Shown piece by piece: positions 25,342-39,109 of a stretch of DNA of 64,000 nt. Below the pieces are notes generated by a model. It was given only the letters and a program-made list of their open reading frames with translations. It was not told where the DNA came from and did no database searches. Position 1 is the first letter of the stretch. Each line of letters opens with the position of its first letter. The stretch comes from Octopus vulgaris (Eukaryota), in NCBI GenBank assembly GCA_951406725.2, contig OX597831.1, forward strand, positions 46,128,001 to 46,192,000. The letters are read 5' to 3'. Made by a program: the position numbers and the translations under genes.

Positions 25342-25906
25342 TATAATTGATATAGGATAAAATTTTTTTCGGGAAAAATGTTTTTATCAATGGCCAGCAT
25401 ATCAAAAAATGCCTTTAACGGTAAAATTTATACATAATTTACAAGATAAGGGCGGAAGAAAAATTCTAATGCCAGATACGCCGAAACAAAAAATTATCGA
25501 TAACCATTAAATTTATGCGTCTCGAAACAAACCGATAGAAATCTCTAAAAAATTCGTTATTACCGTATTGGTCCAATTTCGGGGTTAATTCACAAGAAAT
25601 TTTCCCCTCTTCAGCGGCACATACGCGAGATATAAATGAAATACTTATTCATACCCATGGAAGAAGCAAGCACCAAGTCCCGAGCAGACTTAAGTACCCA
25701 AAATATATCCAAATAGAAAAATCTTAGGCGCACCTCGAGACACGTGTGATTCGAACTAGAAACTTTCACAGAGTGATAAAGTCCGGAAGTGAACACTAAT
25801 CTATTTATAATTGATATAGGATAAAATTCTTTTCGGGGAAATTTTTTTATCAATGGCCAGCATATCAAAAAATGCCTTTAAAGGTAACATTTATACATAA
25901 TTTACA

Positions 25907-25911
<5 letters not shown>
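25342..25911 (-). mobile_element. Hammerhead-containing partial tandem repeat (retrozyme or Penelope pLTR-like), 464-bp period
   Basis: ~107-bp direct repeats at 25342-25448 and 25806-25911, a hammerhead at 25561-25620, no recognisable protein, abuts (TA)n, unit A only. Confidence 0.7.
25561..25620 (-). ncRNA. Type I hammerhead ribozyme
   Basis: Minus strand GUGCCG-CUGAAGA-GGGG-aaAAUUUCUUGUGAAUUaa-CCCC-GAAA-UUGGACCAA-UA-CGGUA. The full catalytic core is present; stem I UGCCG/CGGUA, stem II GGGG/CCCC, stem III AUUGG/CCAAU; cleavage triplet AUA. Confidence 0.88.
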
Positions 25912-25959
<48 letters not shown>

Positions 25960-25960
<1 letters not shown>

Positions 25961-26354
25961 TAGCAGTATCGCCCGGCGTTGCTCGGGTTTGTAAGGGAAA
26001 TAACTATATAAGCATTTTTAGAGATGTAAAGTATAATAGCCATCTCAATATGGCTAACCACAAGGGGGGGGTGTAACTGTAGCTTTTTACGTTCTGAGAT
26101 TTAATAATACATTTTTAGAGAGTTACTTCCCTTATATATGCCAAAAATGCATTAAAAATGGGAACAATTGATGGTAAATTTTTTTTTTAATCGTAGACTC
26201 ATCGTATACGCGCGCTAATACCCAGAAGGGCTCGATATGAATCACGACTATAAGATACCCGGTTTTGGTTAACTGCACCGCAAAATGTGGGAGTAGTAAG
26301 GAATCTAAATCGTAGGAGACAGACAGCACACAACCTCACTTTTATATATAAAGA
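25960..26354 (-). mobile_element. Non-autonomous Helitron
   Basis: Minus strand begins TCTTTATATATAAAAG and ends with hairpin CCCGAGCAACGCCGGG, 8 nt, then CTAG. No TSD. Absent from unit B. Confidence 0.8.
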
Positions 26355-26498
26355 TATAACCTTAGGAAATACACAAACACGGACATGCAAGCACATGAAT
26401 ATACAGGATACATACATAGATGCACACACACACACACACACATATATATACATAATACACATGCATACACACATACATACGTACTTCATGCATGCATA

Positions 26499-26537
<39 letters not shown>

Positions 26538-26985
26538 ACCCACACACATGCGCACAAACAAACAAAATAACGGACAGAGACAAGACTATTGAAAAGATTG
26601 CAAGACGCAACGAAAATTTATATATATAACTTACTTGGAAACGGATGGGCCGCCCTGCTTTTGTTACCACTTTAATCCTCCGCAAATCCCAAATTTTATT
26701 TAATTTGCTTTGCAGAAACTACTGTTTTAACGAAGTAGCGGAGTAGATAAAACAGGGGTCAACTGATGAACGGATTGTTCTTTATGTCGCCTGCCTCGTT
26801 TCTCTATTTGTTTCTTTCGTTGTTCGAAAAAGAGTTCGTTTTCCATGTTTTTTTTATGTTCTCGTTTTTCCATTTTGTTCACGTTTTTTTAACGTTCTGT
26901 ATTTTAACTCATATATGCATGTATATATACATATATGTAGGTATGTACATATATTATTTATATTATATATATGTATATATGTATT

Positions 26986-27053
<68 letters not shown>

Positions 27054-27327
27054 GCTAGCTAGCTATCTATCTATGCACACACACACACACACAAAACGTC
27101 AAGAATAACTATTGGTTTTTTCAAAAGAGACAAAGAGTTAATAGGACTGCAAAAAGAATGAGAATTGAACATTGGCCATGGAAGAAACATTAAAATGAGT
27201 TAACGACTTTATATACGGTATCAAACCGCCAACGGACATCATATATAGATAATTATTACCATGGCTTTCATAATATATAAATAAAAATATAAAATATATA
27301 AGACATAGAGATACAGAAAACCAGCAA

Positions 27328-27375
<48 letters not shown>

Positions 27376-27816
27376 AAAAAAAAAAAATAAAAACGCATAT
27401 AGGAATGTCCCATCAGAAGACGACTAACAATTTATTAAATACTCTAAAATACTAAAAATATGTCATGCTGAAAAAGTTGAGAAAGCGGGTAAACAAATAA
27501 AGAATAAATCGACTAAAAAGTTATATTTACTTCACTCACATCATGAGTAAAACTTCTTTTTTCAAATAAAAAAATACGTCCACACAAAATATATTACTTC
27601 ATGAGTAAGGATTCACCAATTGAATTAAACATGATGTTCGAAAATATAAGAACACAGATACTGTGGCTTATAGCCAGCTGGAAACGAGGTTTCCTGAGGC
27701 TAAACAATAGTAACAGTCGTCACTTCCAGGACAGCCACATTATGTTGGCAAATAGCTTTTACTTTGAAGAACTTTTACTGAACATCTCTCTTTTAGAGGT
27801 CTAGAAATAATGCTTA

Positions 27817-29700
<1,884 letters not shown>

Positions 29701-30542
29701 TAGCATGGCAATCCGTTTCCGACTAACCTGGGAACGGAAAATCAAATTGTAGGCTGGTTATTATGGAGGTCGTTGCTCTTTGATTATCATAGAATATATA
29801 ATTTTGCAAGCGATGTAAAGTAGAGCTACTGAAGAGTTTTGGGAGTAGATTACGGATAATGACTACAATATATACAAGATAGCAGATGTTTTGCAAAATG
29901 TATTTCACGGACTAACACATGCTCACTAGCTGTGAAAGCATAATAAATTATAAGACACACAAGTACATTATACTACCAAATGCGGTGTGTGTTACATGTT
30001 GCATTCGATAGTATATGCTTCTATATTTCTGTCTTGTTATATCTCAGATTGTGTGATTATTCTTGTATAATGCATTCAATCAATATTGAAAGCTAATTAT
30101 CCCAACATTGCAAGGCCAACTCAAGGGAAATGAGATCGACAGAAATCATTAAATGTGATGATGCCCTTATGTGTGTATCTATTAATTTTGAAGTCTCGTA
30201 TAAGCTCGTGTAAGTACATACAGTTCCATCCAAAAAGGGACGCGATTACCAGTTTCCTAAAAGGCAGAGCTTGAAAAATCGCCTTTGAGAAGATACTATT
30301 GAAACAATGTTACTTCACAAATAAATTATATATATATGTATATTTAGACACACAGTACTCACCAAATACCTTTTAATTGGTTCAGTGTAGTTACATACTC
30401 TGAACGTTTTATTTATTTTAATATAACGCTTAAATGTTTAGGTAAAATTATTTTACATGGTGAATATTTTAAACTGGGAAGAACTTGCCGTGTTCATTTC
30501 AGGTGATATGTTTCATTTGCGAAAAGGTATAAGGTGACGAAT

Positions 30543-31619
30543 TCATTGAGTTTCGATATTTTGTTTTTTACATAGCTGGAAAATGTGAAACAAAGCAAGT
30601 AATTCATTACGAAACTGCCGATTCATAACTCCGTAGATATACGGGTTAAGAGTAGAGTTGAGATAAAAAGAATAGAATAAAAACTTGTGAATCACTAGTT
30701 CTTTATCACTTGCAACGAATTCAAAATCTTTATCAAACAACCACCAGAATACTCCAATGCAATGTGGTATGTAACTGATACTCCAGAGCAAGGGGATAAC
30801 GAAGAATATTAAATTAGACCCAGTTGGTGGCACTGATTGTCTTCTACGACGCGCAGAAGAGGTAGAACTACTATCTGTAGACTGACTTTCAGGTTTGGAA
30901 ATGTTAGTAGTTGTGAAGGATTCACGAGACTGATTTGCTCTACTCCTCGCTTTGTAAATTCTCCAAATGCTCATTCCAATTAATACGTATATTACCAAAA
31001 GAATTATAAACAAACAAAAGCACATGGATATCCCAATAGTATAATAGGCTAAAGAATACATTGTGCCATTTATATAAGGAGAAATTGAACACATTTCTCC
31101 AATATTTCCACAATGTTCCACCATTTTGTTTTGTTTGCCGTATACATAAATTGCTGGTGCAGAAAAAATAACCCCGAAGATTGTTAAAACTACTAGAACT
31201 GTTTTTGAATTATTAACGGAAATATTTTTCTTAAAAGGTTGACATATGAGAATGTATCTATCGACTGCTATAACAAACACAATGTAAGCTGAATTAATTA
31301 CTGCTACAGCTACCACACCACGTATCACACGACATGCAGCATCATTGTGAAATGTGTAGGAAAAATGTAGAACTACAATGTCCATAGGTATACATATTAT
31401 GGAAATTAGAAAACCCCACACCGAGAGTGCTATAATGAACATATGCGTGGCTGTCGCATCAAATTTATAATAGTATATATATGATACGAAGCCATTTCCA
31501 ATTGCTCCAAGTGCCATTGAAATTCCGAGATACGTTACCACTGGAAAATAAACATCCACCATTTTAGTATTTAGTTCTACTGAAATACTAGCACAAATGT
31601 CACTATTGTTTTGCTCCAT
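30543..31619 (-). CDS. Class A GPCR, paralogue 2 (358 aa, single coding exon; orphan, peptide-receptor-like)
   Basis: Seven hydrophobic segments; GN (TM1), TM3 Cys and ECL2 Cys, DRY, TM6 YIP, NPYIY, helix 8 FR, N-glycosylation sequon NNS. TM2 reads LSVWG instead of LxxxD. Confidence 0.95.
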   Translation of the reverse strand: MEQNNSDICASISVELNTKMVDVYFPVVTYLGISMALGAIGNGFVSYIYYYKFDATATHMFIIALSVWGFLISIICIPMDIVVLHFSYTFHNDAACRVIRGVVAVAVINSAYIVFVIAVDRYILICQPFKKNISVNNSKTVLVVLTIFGVIFSAPAIYVYGKQNKMVEHCGNIGEMCSISPYINGTMYSLAYYTIGISMCFCLFIILLVIYVLIGMSIWRIYKARSRANQSRESFTTTNISKPESQSTDSSSTSSARRRRQSVPPTGSNLIFFVIPLLWSISYIPHCIGVFWWLFDKDFEFVASDKELVIHKFLFYSFYLNSTLNPYIYGVMNRQFRNELLALFHIFQLCKKQNIETQ

Positions 31620-31684
31620 TTTCTTAATATTGTTTGAAACTTTGAGGACAGTGTCCTGATTTGCAATGGTATTCCTCGTAATTC

Positions 31685-31705
31685 CTGGAACGAAAAAAAT
31701 GCTGG
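31685..31705 (-). other. Putative splice acceptor of a 5'-UTR intron upstream of GPCR 2
   Basis: Minus strand catttttttcgttccAG|gaat, 65 nt upstream of the ATG; identical at 61091 for copy 3. Confidence 0.55.
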
Positions 31706-31906
31706 TTTGTAACTATTTAATTTTCCATAAACTCTGAAATATGCTTTACATCGAGAGTTAAGTAAACAAAGACGTGTACAAAATCAAGAAATACGTTTAT
31801 CAAATATCAATTATACATGATATTTATGAACGAATATTTGTGGATATACAGTGAAATTGTTAAATGTTAAGTGTTCATCTACAATTATCAATAAATAGGA
31901 TACAAA

Positions 31907-31975
<69 letters not shown>

Positions 31976-32437
31976 TATATACGTGCAGGACTTGTTAAGT
32001 GTTCGACATCAATCATATATTGGGAAGAGTAGTAAATGAACCATATAAGTATGTGCTTGTGTGTATGTGTGTGTTCGTTTTTAACGGTTGAATCCGAAGT
32101 AGATGAAGCTGTAAATAATAGTATATAGATATTAGGTTAAAAATACCATTTGGGAGGAAGAAGTGGCAGGCTACCCTTGGGTCTCGAACCTACACGTATT
32201 GCAAAACATGACAGACGTTCTGCTATTGAACCAAAGTAATATTTGGAGCTTTTGTATCCATTTTCGAAACTCTTTTCTTACCAGCGAGAACTGCATGTTT
32301 TTGACATCATAAAAAATTTGAAATTTCAAGATAATGTGAAATAATTCGTTTTTTACATTTGAAGTGGAAGTAGATAAAGTTATAAATAATAGCGTCTAAA
32401 TATTGACTTAAGGAACACTAGGTAGAAAAAGCCGAAA

Positions 32438-32468
<31 letters not shown>

Positions 32469-32543
32469 TGTATGTATGTATGTATGTATGTATGTATGTA
32501 TGTATGTGTGCGTGTGCGTGCGTGCATGTATGTACGTACGTAC

Positions 32544-32574
<31 letters not shown>

Positions 32575-32589
32575 TGTATGTATGTATGT

Positions 32590-33050
32590 ATTATGAAAAC
32601 CATATTATTTGAGATCAAGGAATTGATTTTTCTCCAGGAAGAAAGTTATGTTTGATCCCACTGGCTTCTCGAATTTTTTAACAATACGAGTGTTTAGTAG
32701 ATTAGGCGGTAATTCACCGTGAGCAACTTATTTCCCTCTTTATAATAGTCGTAACTGTCTAACACAGCTTCTCCATCACGTTGATGGCTTTCTAAAAGCT
32801 TTAGGAGAGGGGGTACAGTACAGGTGTTATTTATTTTGATTTCAGTCAAGTTTTTCACAAAATCTATCACAGAATTCCGCTGAAGAAATTATCCACCTTT
32901 AGAGTCCGTGTTAAGCTACAGCGGTAGATTAAATATTTTCTGACAAATAGGATTCGATATTTTATGGCTCATGCAATTTAAACAAGAGTAATAATTAGTG
33001 GTGTTAGGCCCACTTCCGTTTAATGTTTACATAAACAACTTGAAAATGCC
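32590..33050. mobile_element. Degenerate CR1-type RT fragment with an inverted 5' segment
   Basis: 32590-32741 (minus) encodes up to HGFHN; 32742-33050 (plus) resumes at NSRNCLTQLLHH. Same arrangement at 62140-62615. Confidence 0.7.
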
Positions 33051-35228
33051 AGCAATCAAAAGTAAAGAATAAGTTTAGAAACTCGGCTGACACAGTGGGA
33101 CAGAAAACGTTCAGGAATAAGGCCTGGATCCAGTGAATTCCCCTAGTGATGGACAGGAGAAGACGCAAATTGATTCTTGCACAGTTTCAGGATAATAATT
33201 GAGAGAAATCTGTCGGGTTAAATTGAGTTAAATTTTATTAAAGGCATAATATTAAGCAAAACAATACGTTACTTGAGATAACGTAATACTTTTCACTAAA
33301 GAGAGTCTTGTGAGAGAATGATGGAATGTTACGGGTATATAATAATAGAAATATACATAAACGCAGAGTTTAACTAACCTAGTAAAAATACATAGAAACG
33401 AGGTTTACGTTTTAGAGAATATACCGAAACATTTTCATATAATAACAGAAATATATATAAACGAAGACTTTAACTAACCTTGTAAAAATATATAAAATCG
33501 ATGTCTACGCTTCAGAGAATATACCGAAAAATGTAGGGGAAATCAAAATGATGTTGAAATTATTTGCAACTGTAATATATTTTCACGAGAGAGAACGCTA
33601 TTACTCTAGAAACGGCTATTATTCTGTCCGCATGCACTAAGGACGTTCTCTGTTTTCATCGATTTCTAAACTACCAAGTTTCTGTAAAGAAGAAAAACAA
33701 AACATTCCATAAATTACTTCCAGATGGTAAATAATTTCATTTTTAATTTTAATGAATGTCTCTCTTCGTAATCCATCCAATTAATAAGTTGCAGATTATA
33801 TGATACTAAATTTTTCGAAAACAAATGAAATAGCACTCTACATGATTAATATGTACTAGAAATTATAAAAGCATCGTAACAGATTTAAACAGATTGAATA
33901 TAAGAATTTTATGCATATTCTTTTTTGTAGTCCCTAATTTCATATTCAAATTTCTAGTCCCGCCGCGTGTTGTGAGGGAATAGTTATTTTCCTTGTTTTA
34001 TTGACCACTGCCAGGGGGAGCAACATGTGTTTGAAAACAAATATACTAAAGCCTTAGAATGTATTATCACTAAATGATAGAGAATAAAGACGTGGGTGAA
34101 TAGCGGACTGCATCCACACCCAATAATCCCAGACTTATGTAAGGAAAAAGAGGAGAGTGTGATTTGTTTAATATATGCAGGAAGAATTAGTATTAGGAGT
34201 AATTTAGCAGATAGCCGCTGCAGTCTGTGAAATATAGAAATGTAGATTTGTTGTCAAACCCACAAGGTCCTCAGGAAACATTTAATGATTTTCGTTCCTT
34301 TGTGTTTAATTATACCTTAGTATTAACAACGTAATTTTTGTGTTTCTCATCGCTCTTGATATTTGAAAGTTTGTGTGCAGTGCCTTACCAAGGGGCCTAT
34401 TTACGCCTGTTAGCTAGGTCTTTTCACCAATCAGTTTTTCTGTGGTGTTATAGCTTTTTACTAAAATTAATGCATTCTGTTCTGATTTGTTATTTGATTG
34501 TTGCATAACCTGTTTCTAATGACGACCACCGCGAAGTGCAGCAAATTTGTTCGCTAATCCGGTGACTGAAGACTTTCCGTGATACAAACGACTCATTCAG
34601 CTTCTGGTAATCGTGTGTTCGGCTTGCATATTGTATTACTGACAATGTTGAGAATGCGTGGGATAAATTAAAGCAATACATGATATGGGTGAATGCACCG
34701 AAATTTTTGAAGCGATCATAGGAGATTTGCATATGTTATGAGAGATAGATATAGATAGAGATAGAGATAACTAGAAAGCGAGTGAGAGAGAGAGAGAGAA
34801 AGAGAGAGAGAGAACGAGAGAGAGAAAGAGAAAGAGAGGTTGAGAGGGAGAGGGAAAAGAAAATATCACAAAAACATGCAGGGACTCTTCCTTTGATTTT
34901 CATGAATGATGAATAAAAAATAAGATAAGGGAAAAAATAATGTGAACGAATAAAGCACAGTACCTGCACAGTTGATTGTACAGCGTAGAGTGATGAAGAC
35001 AGGGCAGCGTGCATTATGTTTATATGTACGTAGAATTTGTGGAAAATTTTAACCGATTCCCGGAATATAGTTGAGGTCAAAAAGATTAAATGTCAACTCA
35101 AAACCAGTCAAATAATATCTAAGTGTATAATTACGTAATTTATATAATGGTGAATTATATCTAAACAATTTACAAATGGTTGTGTGCTCGCGCGCGTGTG
35201 AAAGCTTTTTTTGCACATTTATTTGTAT

Positions 35229-35517
35229 CTATGCATAACTGGTACTCCGTCGGTTACGACGACGTGTGTTCCAGTTAATTCTACAAGCAGAACAGCCTGC
35301 TCGTGAAATTAACCTGCAAATGGTTGAGCAATCCCGAGATACGCGTACCCTTAAACGTAGTTCTCAGGGATATTCAGCGTGACCCAGAATCTGACAAGGC
35401 TGGGCTGTTGAATTACAAGTACTATTCATCTCTTTGCTCAAGGACAAAACGCTGTAGCGGGAATGGACCACACGACCATGAGTCGAATACGCTAACCACT
35501 AAACTACGCGCCTTCAC
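35229..35517 (-). mobile_element. SINE (equivalent of 10109-10402)
   Basis: Near-identical sequence with the same TSD. Confidence 0.8.
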
Positions 35518-37336
35518 ATTTATTTGTATATAGTTTAAATTGAAAGGCGTGTTGAGATTGATACAAAAACCCTCTTTAAAATATTAGTTAACTAAGATAT
35601 ACTATAGGCCGAATTTTAATTCCCTTTATTTCTTCTCACTAGAATAGATTCCCTATCATGCATCGTTTCCCTACCCTACATTCTTGTGTGCAATCATGAC
35701 ATTATCACTTCTGTTAAAAGTGAATCCAAGTTAAGTAATTATGAACTAGCGGGTCCCATGAATATTTTACGGAATTCATAGTAAACCTATTAGGCGATTT
35801 CTGAAAACTTTATCCAAAATACCTGAAAGTGTAGCCTGTGTTTTGTCTCTATATCAAAAGATAGTCGCTCATCTGCTATTCATTGAAAAGCGAAGGAAAT
35901 TGGAATACGATGATTACTTAATGAACTTTATATAAATATTTTACATACTTTATGCACAATTTTATAGACTAAATACACAGAACGTATTATATAAATGTTC
36001 ACTCTTATTTTTATATTTTCCCCGTAAAGAGAAAAAAATTTCATTTTAAAATTTACATGGTCACAAATTCATCCCTAGAAAACAAACATTTCATAGTAAA
36101 AAAAATAAATTATTTTCCATTTTAAATATAGCGGGGTAACAATTTCACATTTAATGCAACATGACATACTGTGAACACCACATCGTTGGTAATTTATAAG
36201 CCAGGGCGATGGGTCAGAGCGAATACACATTTCAACTTGCCTAAACATTTCAATCCAATACTTCTTTGCAGACTATATTCGTGTAAGTTCTCCATCTTCT
36301 TTTTCTTTGTCTGTCAGTGTTGATAACTTCAATGCTTACATCAGATAATTTGCGAGCCCTTGAGAATGCAACATATAGCTGACCATGGCTGAATACAGGT
36401 TCAGGCAAGTACAGTCCCACTTTATCAAATGTCTACCTTTGTGATTTATTGATAGTCATTGCATTATTATAAAATGAAAACAATCTAAATTGTTTAATTT
36501 AGTTTCTGAAATTGTTTAGTTGGTTAAAAGTTCAATTGGATAAGTTTAGACTTAAAGAAAACAGAATTTGAACGAAAGGTCATTTGGACCAATATGGCTG
36601 TTGTTTGAAGCGGTATAATGCAGAAAATTCTGAAGAGACTAGTGACATAGAAACCCAATCTTCGGATAAACCTCACGGACTATTTGTATATATATATAAG
36701 CAAAGAAAAAAAAATTATTTGTGCAATGAAGGGTTGCTATCAATGCCTTACATGTCTTTACATGGAATTAAAAGTTTTTACATGGATTTTACATGGATTT
36801 GTGATCCACGTTGTCTAATCTTTTAAATACAGCAATGACAAGTAAAAATATACACCAATGTTGATGCTTGTGCCTGGTCCCTCAATCTGCTTGAAATACA
36901 GTCTAATATCTTCTTAATGAAAAGACCGGATGTTTATGTTGGGGATCAAAATGGAATCTGATGAAAAAAATATATGTGATATATATTTTCTGCAGAGTGC
37001 GTAGGATTTGAAACAAGTTGGTTGAATGGGTAAAATAGTGGTTTTAGCTGTTTGTGTGACATATTTTTATGATTATTTATTACTTTTTTCATGTATGAAA
37101 CTAAACAAAAACAAAAAACAAAAGCAAAAATTGAGCTTAGAAGAAGAGAGAGAAAGTGAGGATAAGTGGACAACATGAAGTTAAATAAAATAAGGGAGTT
37201 CAGGTTACAAAATTCCCAGAAAAGGGTAGCATGATCAAAGCTTGGTTGTCTTTGATAATGAGTTTACAGGATCAGAGCAACACATTATCTCACACACACA
37301 TAGACATTTGATACTAAATATATCCTGGTATATATA

Positions 37337-37565
37337 TTTCTTTACTACCCACAAGGGGCTAAACATAGAGGGGACAAACAAGGACAGACAAAGGGATTAA
37401 GTCGATTACATCGACCTCAGTGCGAAACTGGTACTTAATTTATCGACCCCGAAAGGATGAAAGGCAAAGTCGACCTCGGCGGAATTTGAACTCAGAACGT
37501 AACGGCAGACGAAATACGGCTACGCATTTCGCCCGGTGTGCTAACGTGTCTGCCAGCTCGCCGCC
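37337..37565 (-). mobile_element. SINE of a separate family (tRNA-like head)
   Basis: Minus ggcggcgagctggcagacacgttagc...gagttcaaattcc (B box)...gcctttcatcctttcggggtcgataaattaagtaccag. A fragment also lies at ~5992-6038. Within a ~1.2-kb block absent from unit A. Confidence 0.8.
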
Positions 37566-37882
37566 TTTTTTTTCTTCTTTTTTTTTCTTCCTTCCTCTTA
37601 GCTCTCCATATATCTCAGCTTTGGCTGCTCGATCTTCACCTTTTGTTTTGCCAAAACTATTTTATGTTTACTCATGCATGTATAGATACGAATATGTAAA
37701 TAGGTATGCATGCATGCTAGGTTTCGTGGTCAGTGTCCCTTGTACTTTGCTCTACTCATTAGGAACGGCCGTTAAAATGTTTGGTTTAGGAATCATTAAG
37801 CGCTTGCATTATGTTTATATAAAATATTACAGTTCTAATTATTTCTACGGCTTCCGGAGAGCATTTCAACTAAAGACCAAAT

Positions 37883-38276
37883 TCTTTTTGGAAGCACTCC
37901 GTCGGTTACGATGACGAGGGCTCCGGTTGATCCGAATCAACGGAACAGCTTGCTCGTGAAATTAACGTGTAAGTGGCTGAGCACTCCACAGACACGTGTA
38001 CCCATAACGTAGTTCTCGGGGATATTCAGCGTGACACAGAGAGTGACAAGGCCGGCCCTTTGAAATACAGGTACAACAGAAACAGGAAGTAAGAGTGAGA
38101 GAAAGTTGTGGTGAAAGAGTACAGCAGGGATCACCACCATCCCCTGCCGGAGCCTCGTGGAGCTTTTTTAGGTGTTTTCGCTCAATAAACACTCACAACG
38201 CTCGGTCTGGGAATCGAAACCGCGATCCTATGACCGCGAGTCCGCTGCCCTAACCACTGGGCCATTGCACCTCCAC
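37883..38276 (-). mobile_element. Full-length tRNA-derived SINE with 11-bp TSD
   Basis: TSD AAAGACCAAAT at 37872-37882 and 38277-38287; A/B-box head at the right end. Confidence 0.9.
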
Positions 38277-38844
38277 AAAGACCAAATATTAATTGGTAAA
38301 GAAAGTTTACACAATTTAGATTTAGGATTAAAAACAGTTCCTAATCCAAAGAAATTTTGACAGTTCAAATACTTAGTCTAGCAATAGTCTAAACTTAGAT
38401 AATGGCTAAGAACATTGTTACAGAAAAGTTAAGTCATATCACCAGTCCGTATAAATTTAGTTATTACGGGCAGCTACTGAAGTGGCTAAATATATTGTTA
38501 GTCGAACGATTCTTCGCATCACTGCATTGCAAGTTTTAATTACCACCACGTCAACTCCAAGAGTGAAAAATATAGCTGGGAAGTGATAGACTAACGTCAT
38601 AATTGAATCCTCAGTAAATAAACGCACACATTAAAACATCTCATCAAAGAAGCTTATTATTGCGCTTAACTGTATTTAATAATGCAGTTATCAATGGGCA
38701 ACTAATTTCAAATTACTTTCACATAACTCTCTCTGTTTGCCTGTGTGGCTCACTTCGTGAGTTTGTGTGTGTATGTGTGTGTGTGTGTGTGTATGTGTGC
38801 TTGTAATGAGGTTCATGCTATGTGATAATAAATAAAAAAATAAA

Positions 38845-39093
38845 ATGCGCCCTTTTAAAGCCTAGCCAGGCTCATGTGCCCGGTTTCCCGGTTTCTATGG
38901 CGTATGTATTCCCCAGCTGGACAGGATGCCTGTCCATCGTAGCGTTACCCATTTTTGCCGGCTGAGTGTACTGGAGCAACGTGAAATGAAGTGTTTTGCT
39001 CAAGAACACAACGCGTTGTCCGGTCGAGGAAGCGAAACCACAATCTTACGATCATGGTGCTGACACCCTAACCACTAAGCCACGCGCCTCCAC
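38845..39093 (-). mobile_element. SINE (equivalent of 12523-12751)
   Basis: Near-identical sequence and flanks. Confidence 0.85.
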
Positions 39094-39109
39094 CTATAGG
39101 ATTTACACG

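Noticed and set aside
26585-26625. TTGAAAAG-(A/G)TTGC..GCAAC-GAA(A/G) motif (also ~50340-50375) and CTGATGA at ~26764 and ~50679
   Set aside because: Partial hammerhead resemblance only: core spacing is off, stem I is absent and the two copies disagree. Could be an old pLTR relic but is unsupported.
30543-31619. A specific receptor name (for example CCK or orexin receptor)
   Set aside because: Only generic class A motifs are visible; orthology needs phylogeny, so no gene symbol is given.
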